Below, piece after piece: positions 20,053 to 29,601 of a DNA stretch of 64,000 nt; within the stretch, counting starts at the first letter, position 1, and each line of letters opens with the position of its first letter. Below the pieces are notes generated by a model, which saw only the letters and a program-made list of their open reading frames with translations, did no database searches and was not told the DNA's origin. The translations under genes and the position numbers were made by a program. Where the stretch lies: assembly GCF_000143415.4 (NCBI RefSeq), contig NW_003314283.1, positions 1,602,330 to 1,666,329 of the forward strand, written 5' to 3'. The stretch comes from Selaginella moellendorffii (taxonomy: Eukaryota > Plantae > Lycopodiophyta).

Positions 20053-22979
20053 TTAGTTTCTTTTTCTTTGGCTTGTTCGTGGCAAGTCTTTGGCGAGAAG
20101 TCGTTGGTATCCATCTTTCAGGCTGTAGAAACACGAATGGAAATCACTGGAAAGATCGCCAATGTGTTTGATCGGCTTCGCTTACCTTGGCATTGCAGTG
20201 AAGAGACCAATCACACACCAATGAGCACGGGAAGTACTGGAGGAGCATTTAAATCCTGGACCGCAATCACACTTGTCACGAGAGAGACGAAAATTTTTAG
20301 TTTCCCGTCTCACCTGCTTGTAATGGTATTCCTCTGCATACAACTTGACGGAGTTTAAGAATATATTGTTGCGCTCGGCAAAATCAACCTCGAGAACATC
20401 CGAGTGAAACTTGTGCGTCTGCACGGCCATCTTGGAAACAAGCCGCAACCTGTACTTTCCCCTCGGAAGACCTTGAATCTCAAAGAATCTGGAAAGCGGC
20501 AAAGGTACCTCTTCGCTGGTTCTGAGATGCTGGCCACCTCCACGGATATGTGCGGTTGCCATTTCTCAAGATCACTTCCCTCGACGAGGCCAGAGAGCAC
20601 AGTCGCCAAGCTGTGCTCAAAAAGCCACGAAGTTGATTGAGCTGGTGTCCTTGGTGGAGATCTAAGGAGTAGACAATGGAGCTTACTTTTGGAAAAATCT
20701 CACGAAAAGGTTTTCGGACCTCTACTGGATAAACGCTTGGAGACGCACGTTCAAGTCTGGGAGGACCGTCTACTTCCTCTTTCACGACCACCTTGACGTT
20801 ATACGTTGTATTGGGCACAAGTCCTCTTAGTCGGTATTTTCCATCAGCATCGGTTGCGGTTTCTTCATAATAAAGGCCAGAGTCCGAACGTGCCTCCACA
20901 GTGACGCCTTCTTCTGGTTTCCCAGTTAAGGAGGAGACTCTTCCATAAATGCTACAGAGCAGAAACAAACTCGTCATCGAAGGAATTCACATGAAAATTT
21001 CGACATGCAATAAAGGTTGTCTCTAAAGTTGCACCAGACAAGAGTTCCAAGGCTTGAGCAGGCGGACTAAAACTATACTCCTGTAAAGATGTAAAGATTC
21101 ATTCACGAGATAGCACCAGAAGGACGAGTACCTTAAGCAGAGGTCGCAGGTAAAAACTGCCAGGAAACATGCCGTCGAAAGCGAACTTGCCTCCCGGCGG
21201 CGCGACAGCGTTCTTCCTGTATCCATCGTCTCCGCTCAGCGAAAGAAGAACGGACGGAAGAATCTCCTCGGCGCCGTCCCCAGCAATGATGTTTACGAGG
21301 ATCTGAGCAAGCTTCTGGCATTGAAAAGAGTTCTTTCCAAAGGGCTTGAAGTGGTATCCGAGACACGTATCAATAATCACAGGCTCTGAAATAATCCAGG
21401 ACGAACCTTGTCCGCATGAACCATGTACGGGGTGTCGTCATAAAGAGGACCAGCTGCGAAAACGCCATCGTCTCCTGTTAGTACTTTCATAGCCACTTCT
21501 CCTGCTTTTAAAAGGCCGATTTTGCTTTCTTTTTCTGCAGTTATCACAATGTTCACTGCCTCCAGTGCAGGAACAATGCTCCCGGTTACGTACACAGCCG
21601 GTCGTTCAGCAAAACTAGGTACTCGCGGTTGACAGCCATCCACAGCCAAAGTGGCCTGATTATACAAATTGAAAGCTGACAACTGAAAATAAAATGTAGC
21701 TTACGTTTTGCTCTCGAGGATAGAATAGAAGAACTTGCTCCGTTTGATTTTGGTCTCTGTTTCATACGCAGCAATATAAGCATTCGAAGGTTGGAAGACG
21801 CATACCTCCCATATCGTGGGACGAAACTAAGAGCATCCCCGAGACGGGCCCAATAGACATACTCATAGACTGCAATGGGACTCGTTTCGTTGGCTTCAGA
21901 GAAAAGGTGAGCGTGGATATTGGCAATAGGCTTCCCGTCTTTAGCGTTCCAAACCTCGACCAGCAACTTCTGTTCCAGTTTGTTTTCTCCAGGATATAAG
22001 GGAGAGTACACGTCAATGTGTCCGCTTAAAAGATATTTCTCGGCAACCAAATTGATGCGCTGCAAGACAGAGATGAAACTCAAAGCCCTAGACACTCCCA
22101 ACTGCGCGACATACCCTTGGATTGGATGTGTCAAATGAGAAAATGGGAGCACCGAAAGAAACACAAGCCCAGAGAAAGTGCAATTCGTGTATTCCAGGAC
22201 TTTCTACGCATGCCACCCGCTCTGGAAGAAACAAGAAAATGATCACAAAGACAATAAACAAAAACACCGACCATGATTTCCAAAGGATCCGGGTCTTTGT
22301 TGTCGTGAACAATAAACGCTTTAGTTGGGTGAGTAGCCTTGATGCGAAGCCAGTATGCTTTTTGAACAAATACGATGTCTTCGATATCGCTGGAAGTGAC
22401 ATCCACACTGACTACCTTTTGTTCCCAGCACCATTCATCGTCTCCAAGTCCTCCTTCTTTGGTCACCTGCAAAAGAAAATTACGCATGCTTCAAACCATG
22501 TTAGCCTGGCATTACTTACTTCGAGCTTATATTGTCCCGGAAGAACATTCTCAAATTTGAAATGGTTCTGGGTATCAGTCAGTTGATATACTATTTTGTT
22601 GCCTCCCTGAGTATCGACGAGCACAATGTATATCCCAGGGCTGCATTAGGATTTGCAGTTCACGTGTCCAGAGATACTGACTGCCTTTAGAGTTTCTGCA
22701 ATACAAAGGAAAGCCTTTACCTGTAAGAAGACAATATTAAATACTGGCGCAGCAAAGACAACATCCACGTGCTGTGGAGAAAATAATAGTCCTGTTTTGT
22801 GCTTGGTAGCAATGGGCGAAAGACGATATTCACCAGGCGGGACCTGTGGAGAACAAAATAGTTAGCCATCCATGCTGGACAACACGAACCTCAAAGCAAG
22901 TGGTGAGGCAAGATGCTCGCCGGACTGTGCCGAGCTGAAATGCGGCACACCACACGAGATGATTCGCAGCCGACACCAT
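20053..22979 (-). pseudogene. NOMO1: Chimeric ThrRS-exon1::NOMO (nodal modulator-like) gene; 3' part of NOMO with disabling lesions
   Basis: NOMO exons CFE|VPPGEYRL, FENVLPGQYKLE, DDEWCWEQK, GVFAAGPLYDD, SVLLSLSGDDGYRKN, FPGSFYLRPLLK, VTVEARSDSGLYYEE...YRLRGL, transmembrane APPVLPVLIGV, LKDGYQ. First 28 codons are a copy of ThrRS exon 1. In-frame TAA at 22646-22648 and a frameshift in the transmembrane exon near 20215. Confidence 0.85.
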
Positions 22980-23470
22980 CTAACACCGTTGAAGAATATT
23001 CCAAGCCTAGGTCAGGAGAGGTGAGATTGGAGTTTCTTTTCCCAATATCAATCTCTTGACGCTAATTTCATCGATTTATCCTCATAATCTCCACTTCCCC
23101 TAAATTTTGCAGCATCCAACGTTCTTTCGTCTTCCGGCCAGTTCTGTGATCCGGGCATAGAGAGGTGTGTTGCCGCTTTTCACATCCTAATCTCAAGTTT
23201 CTATCGATTGTGCAGTGCATCCAACCTTCTTCTTCCAGCGGAAATCTGCAATCCAGGCATGGAGAGGTGAGGAGGAGTTTCCCTTCGAAATATTGTACTT
23301 GCTCCATTGATTTCTCATCATAATCTATCATTTCACAGTGCATCCAACCTTCCTTTCCTGTTTGAAACCCGTGATCTGAGCATGGAGAGGTGAGGAGGAG
23401 TTTTCTTTCAAAAAATCAGTCTCTTGCCTGTCGATTCTCATTGTAATCTCCACTTTCTATCGATTTTTCA
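22980..23470 (-). promoter_or_regulatory. Duplicated ThrRS upstream region attached to the chimera
   Basis: AACACCGTTGAAGAATATTCCAAGCCTAGG and CAGGAGAGGTGAGATTGGAGT match 17164-17300; repeat units match 17330-17630. Confidence 0.7.
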
Positions 23471-23616
23471 GTGTCTCTGATGGTCTCCACATTCTTCTCC
23501 CAGTCAACATCCACAATCCTCATAAACACAGGGCACTGGAGCTGCTCAAGGACAAGTTGCAGCCAGCGTGGGCTCCCTAGGTCGCTATTGCAGTCGAGCA
23601 CTGCAACGATCCTGAG

Positions 23617-25120
23617 TTATAGAGTTCTTCTGCGGCGAATGGTGTCCTTCTCTGAGTCCTGCGACCTGGCTTCATCTTATGGTTTATGGCGTCTTTCCTT
23701 TGCAGCAGTTTTCCAATAAGAAATCTTTCGACGACAATGATCAGCTCTGGTACTTTCTTGAGCTTCTTTGTTTTGGATTGTGTATATCTTCTTAGGTGAT
23801 TACCTTCGATGAAAAATCAGGTGGTGAGATCGTCTAACAAGCTGGCCTTGACTAGGTGAACTCTTAATTCTAGTTCTAGTTTCTTTGAATCTTTAGTTAT
23901 GCAAAGTTGTGTTTTCCAGTGTGTAACAAGCATGATGATGCTTTTAGAGCGCATGAACTTTTGACATGAGAGGTCCATCAGCAGTTATGACTTCTCACAA
24001 GTTTACAGCTCTTTGTTCATGTCTCGAAAGTTTTAATTGGAAACTGATGCGAAACCATTTCCACGGTCAAAGAAGAAAGTGACATACTGTAGAACCCAAG
24101 ATAGTGGAGTACGCAGTGGTATATTTCTTAACAGTTGATCGTACTATCCTTCTTATATCCTTTTCATTGTTATGGGAGCGCAAAGAGGAGGAAATTGGGG
24201 TGGTTTCTCACAGCAGCAAGTTGTGGCTCTTTGTTGCTCATGTTGTCATGCTAATCTGTGTTTTGGATCTTTTGTTAAGCAGATGGCACTGAAACAAAAC
24301 ATAGTATCTAGCTTAACTACTTCAAACCCAAGACAAACTTAATTGCGACTTCAGCACTGTATGGTGGACATACCGACTACATCCATCACACAGTGTTGAA
24401 GCTGTAACTAGGTTTATTTTGTGTTCGAAGTAGTTAAGTTACATACTACGTCTTGTTTCAGTGTCATCTATATGGCAAAGGATCCAAAACACAGATTAGC
24501 ACAACGACATGAGCAAAAAATAACCACAACTTGCTGCTGTGAAAAACCATTATAATCTCCTCCTCTTTGTGCTCTCACAACAATGAAAAGGATGTAAAAA
24601 GGATGGTATGATCAGCTGTTAAAAAACATACCACTGTGTACTCTGCTGTCTTGGATTCCATAGCACGTCACTCTCTTCTTTGACCCTTGAAATGGTTTCA
24701 CATCAGCTTTCGAGACATGAACAAAGAGCTGTAAACCTGTGAGAAGTCGTAATTGCTGATGGACCCTCTCCTGTCAAAAGTTCGTGCGCTCTGAAAACAT
24801 CATCAAACTTGTTGCACACCAGAAAACACAACTTTACATAACTAAAGATTTGAAGAAACTAGAACTAGAATTAAGAGTTCACCTAGTCAAGGCCAGCTTG
24901 TCAGACGATCTTGCCACCTGATTTTTCGTCGAAGGTAATCACCTAAAAAGATACACACAATGCAAAACAAAGAAGCTCAAGAAAGTACCAGAGCTAATCA
25001 TCGTCGTCGAAAGATTTCTTATTGGAAAACTGCTGAAAAGGAAAGACGCCACAAACCATAAGATGAAGCCAAGTCGCAGGACTCAGAGAAGGACGCCATT
25101 CACCATGGAAGAACTCCATA
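23617..25120. repeat. Long inverted duplication (arms about 750 bp, loop about 5 nt) of a decayed PGM-like gene copy
   Basis: 23617-24372 is the reverse complement of 24378-25120 along its length; centre GGACATA-CCGAC-TACATCC at about 24375. Arms match 17950-18860. Confidence 0.92.
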
Positions 25121-25204
25121 ATAAAATTATGCTGAGTAGATTCGTTTTTAGAAACGAATATGCCAGCAAAGCCTCGCTGATCCCACAGTTTCCCTTGGTA
25201 TCCA

Positions 25205-25690
25205 AAATCACTGGAAAGATTGCCAACTTACCTTGGCATTGGCACAGTGAAGAATACACAGGCGCCAGAAGCGCATTTAAATCACATTTTGTCACGCGAG
25301 AGGGACGAAAATATTTTTAGTTTCTCGTCTCCCCTGCTGGTGGCGGAGCATCGTTGCGCTTGGCAGGGTCAACCACAAGAACATCAGAATGAGACTCAAA
25401 GTAACTGGAAAGAGGCCAAGGTACCTCCTTCTGGCTGGCCACCTCCACAACTAACAATATCACTTCCCTCGAGAGAGCATGGTCCTGAAAAGAGCAACGA
25501 AGTCGATTGATCTGGTGTTAAAAGAAAACGCATAGGACTTGACGTACCCCTTCACGAGGAGACATTGGGCGGCATCAGTCGTGGTAAACACCAGAGTCCG
25601 AGCATGAGTGATGCCTTCTTCTGCTTTTCCGGTTAGAGAGTAGAGACATACTTGTTACCCAGAGAACCAGACAAGAGTTTCAAGGTTGGA
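25205..25690 (-). pseudogene. Second deleted remnant of NOMO 3' exons
   Basis: Blocks match 20140-20310, 20390-20650, 20878-20940 and 21034-21056. Confidence 0.7.
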
Positions 25691-25734
25691 CCGAACCTAT
25701 ACTTCCTGAAAAGAGGGACCAGATTTCTTGAGAA

Positions 25735-25972
25735 GCAATGTCATTTCCTTTTTTAACAAATCCTTGGTTCTTTGTCGCGATCCATGGCCCAATTGTAATT
25801 TTGGCATCCAGCCTGAGAAATGGCCACAAGAGATCTTACACTCCCGTATGGTGCATCCAAAGAAGTTCCTTGCATGACTCATTCGCTTGGTTTTGTGCTG
25901 TGTGGTGATGTCCGTCTCGGAATCTGCTGCTACAGACGGTGCAACGCCCCTGACGGGCATTAAGCCCTACAA
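25735..25972 (-). pseudogene. Condensed ThrRS 5' fragment (exons 2-3 and 5' UTR piece)
   Basis: Translates to SVAADSET, ESCKELLWMHHT, DAKITIGPWI, KDLLKKEM; TTAAGCCCTACA matches 17121. Confidence 0.75.
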
Positions 25973-26049
25973 CAAGGTAACCTAAATTCCCGAGTATATT
26001 CTGGTTTTATGTTAAATCCATTGGCCTTTCTAGACCATGCTCCGGAAGA

Positions 26050-27180
26050 TCACAAAGTCTTCCCCCATTTGGTCTGAATCATTTTGGTTGCTTCTCCAAC
26101 CAATACAGCATGCCCTGTAGATGCACACCTATCAAATTTCAAATATCCTGTCACTTGGGATGACATGCCCCAACGCTCTGTGTCCAGGTCGTAAACAACG
26201 TGTTTAACCTGGTGGTGTGCAATCCAGTGACCCAAGAGTGGAGCGAACTACCAGCCCAGGAGATTTCTTTTGCGGAGGACTTTGCCATGTTTGTTGACAA
26301 AGATCGCTTCAAAGTCGGCGTGCACCTCCTCAGCTACGACTCAGGCCACTGGTGCTGCATCTACAACTCGGCAACAACACGCGCCTGATCTTCTCTCCCC
26401 AACCTCCCGTTCTCACCGAGGGAGCAGCGTCACGGAAAGCTCGTGTTTGATACTCGGTCTGTATTCCCAGACTTCGACGACCTTAGTATCCTGAGATTGT
26501 ATGACTTTGTCCGCACCAGTGGATCACAGGGGAAGTCGTGCGCAGCCTGAGGATTACAACGGGCCTGGAAGACAGTGGTGGAGAGATCCTGCGCTGCGTT
26601 TTGCTGCGTCCTGGTTCGTGCACGACAATGCTGTGAGATTACAATGGGCAGCGCTACTTTGCAAGCGCCTGGGTGTATGCGTCTGAGGTACGGTATTGCG
26701 AAGCTGATGGCTATGACAATGGTGGCTTGGTTATCGTCTTGGCAGTGCACTGTGAAACCTGCTCAATCAAGTATATCCTGGGCAGTCTTGAAAACTTCCT
26801 CATTGTTATATCCATGCAGAGGACAATCTCGTCATCTTTTAGGAAGGAAAAGTAGATGGACCAGGCCAATCTCGGAGGGATCAATGACAATGCATACCAG
26901 GCCACCTGCGGAAGCAACGACTTTCTCGGTCAGTGGAGGCAACGCAAACTCCACATTGTGGTTGTGCCGTGATGGATCCCAGGCCGAAAAGTGTTTCGTC
27001 GTCACTAACAGAGGTATTTATAACCCACAATGATTCTTGCTCACCACTGTTTTGGCACCACCTGTGGCGAAAGGATGGATTGTTGATGATGGACTTCCAT
27101 GACTTGCAGACTGCGGAGCAACGACGCAGTGTGGTCAGTTCCACAAAGCTGAGAACCAGCTCCACAATATCATCTTGCAT
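26050..27180 (-). pseudogene. F-box pseudogene with an internal ~650 bp inversion
   Basis: MQDDIVELVLSFVELTTLRRCSAVCKSWKSII on minus; 26199-26852 matches the 28660-29335 paralog on the opposite strand; the flanks keep the original orientation. Confidence 0.85.
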
Positions 27181-27264
27181 CTGTCGGTTACCTTGAAGGA
27201 TTGCAATTTCCTTTTTAGAAGCGCTAACCTTTTAAAATTTCTCGAGAATATTCTGTTATTTTTA

Positions 27265-27470
27265 AAAATAATTTCTCGCTCTTCATAAATGTTCCAGAGC
27301 AGAAACTCCAAATGCCTGTATATCTTCCACAACTCAGCCTTCGCAAAGTGAGGTGTATAGAGTAGCTCGTACCCTCAGTCTTAGGTGGACTTTCATCCAG
27401 TAGTCTGCAATCAAGAACCAAAGCTCCTTTAGGATGCCAAAAGATGAGACTGCCCCCAGCCTCCTCCTGG
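27265..27470 (-). pseudogene. ThrRS catalytic-exon remnant
   Basis: Matches 15805-16022 ([32 protein letters not shown]) with frameshifts. Confidence 0.8.
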
Positions 27471-28449
27471 AAAGCTGGACGAGATGATCATGTGGATGAC
27501 ACCAATGCTTACGAGGATGCGTCCAGGAACTGCGAAGCCCAGAAAGAACAAGAAGAAGGTAAGAATCCTTTGTACTTTTAAAAGTTTTTTAAAGAGATTC
27601 TTTTACATGTCAATTGATTAGGAGTCAAACTTGGATCGAGGAAAGAACTACTGGGACAAGGATGAGGTTTCATGGAGACAGTTTGTATAATAAAGTGGCA
27701 AGGTTCGTTTCATTTTGATGGTGTTCTTTGATTTCTTTTGAAGTATTGCACTGGAACTTGAATTAAGGATGTTCTGTGGTCTTTTACTTTTCATTAATAT
27801 AATCTAGCAAAACAGCTAAAAACGTATGGCAAGAAACTTTTAACATACAAAACTGTAGTGCATTTATACCAGAGTTGTTTCATGCTTCACAATAGTAGCT
27901 TACTTATATTATCTCTAAGTACCTCTAACACCACTCACGATTAGGTGGTTGATCTAATGAATCTAAGCCTAAATTGTGCCTAGTTAGTCTGAGATGATGA
28001 GCATAGAGAGCTGATGAGAAAAGCATATAGAAAACTCATAAATCAATTACCTAAAACTTTGTTCTTAGTCTTGGTTTTGTTTGCATACACTTTTGCTCAC
28101 CCTTCAATCTTGCCAGTAGCATGTGACCTTGGTTGTGAACTGTTAAGCTCCCACTTTTACTGTTACCAGATGAAAATTCTTGTAAAGAATTGCTATTATG
28201 AGTTTTATGTATATATACTTATTTATACACAGTTGAGATACAGAGTTTTTCCTCCTCATATATGCATCTTGATTGCACGTGAAAGCATTATATATTTGCA
28301 CATGTGCAGATTTTAATTTTTTTTGAGTTGAATGCAAATATTCTGCACATGTCTTAAGTGCTAAGAATCACCTGGGCTAGGGCACCTCTTCCATCCTTGC
28401 TGGCATTCTATACCATGTGTAGGGATCTCCTATCTGATCTCTGGCCACC

Positions 28450-29601
28450 TCATTTTCTCTGGTACTTGGTGCCACAACCAACACAGCATGCTAAAAACCC
28501 GAAAATTCTGTAGAACTCAGGGCGAATTTCATCGTCACTTGGGATGACGTGTTGTTCCACAGAGTGTCGTGAGCACTGGGCGATAAAGCAGTCCCTTGCC
28601 TGATTCATATGTGCGCCTGCCCACTCCACCCCAACGCTCTGTGTCCAGGTCGTAAACGAACACTTTTCCTTCCGAAAAGATGACGAGATTGTCCTCTGCA
28701 TGAATATCACAATGGGAAAAATTGTGAGACTGCCCAGGATACACTTGATTGAGCAGGGCTTTACAGTGCACTGCTGAGACTATAACCAAACCGTGTCATC
28801 AACCTTCCACACACCATAGCCATCAGCTCTGCAGTACCCTACCTTGCAGTAGTCTCCCTCATGCACATGCAAAGTAGCGCTGGCCATTTAATCCCACAGC
28901 ATTGTCGTGCACCAACCGGGACGCGGCAATACGCAGCGCAGAAACTCTCCACTTTGTTCAACCCCTTCCAGGCCCGTTGTAATCCTCAGGCTGCGCACGA
29001 CTTCCCCTGTGATCCACTTGGTGCGGACAAAGTCATACAATCCCAGGATACTAGGGTCGTAGAAGTCTGGGAATACAGACCGAGCATCAAACCCGTGACG
29101 CTCCTCCCTCTGTGAGAACGGGAGGTTGGGGAGAGAAGACCAGACGTGTGTTGCCGAGTCGTAGATGTAGCACCAGTGCCCTGAGTCGTAGCTGATGAAG
29201 TGCGCGCTGACTTTGAAGTCATCTTTGTCAACAAACATGGCAAAGTCCTCCGCAAAAGAAATCTCCTCAATGTGGAGCGTTGGTAGTTCGCTCCACTCTT
29301 GGGTCACTGGATTGCCCACCACCAGGGTAAACACATGCAGATGGGCGAAGCCATGATCCATGATGATGCATACCAGGCCACCTGCCAAAGCAACGACTTT
29401 CTCGGTTGCAAACTCCACACTGTGGTTGGACCGTGATGGATCCCAGGTGAAAAAGTGTTCGGAGGTATTTATAACCCACAATGATTTTTGCTCACCACTG
29501 TTTTGACACCACTTGTGGCGATTGTTGATGATGGATTTCCATGACTTGCAGACTGCACAGCACCGATGCAGTGTGGTCAGTTCCACAAAGCTGAGAACCA
29601 C
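28450..29601 (-). pseudogene. F-box gene (most complete copy), frameshifted
   Basis: VLSFVELTTLHRCCAVCKSWKSII...GGLVCI...VVGNPVTQEWSELP...CYIYDSATHVWSSL; frame breaks at about 28890; downstream VFVYDLDTERW in another frame. Confidence 0.8.

Noticed and set aside
28011-28040. Hammerhead ribozyme core (CTGATGA...GAAA)
   Set aside because: No stem II pairing between the motifs and no flanking stems.
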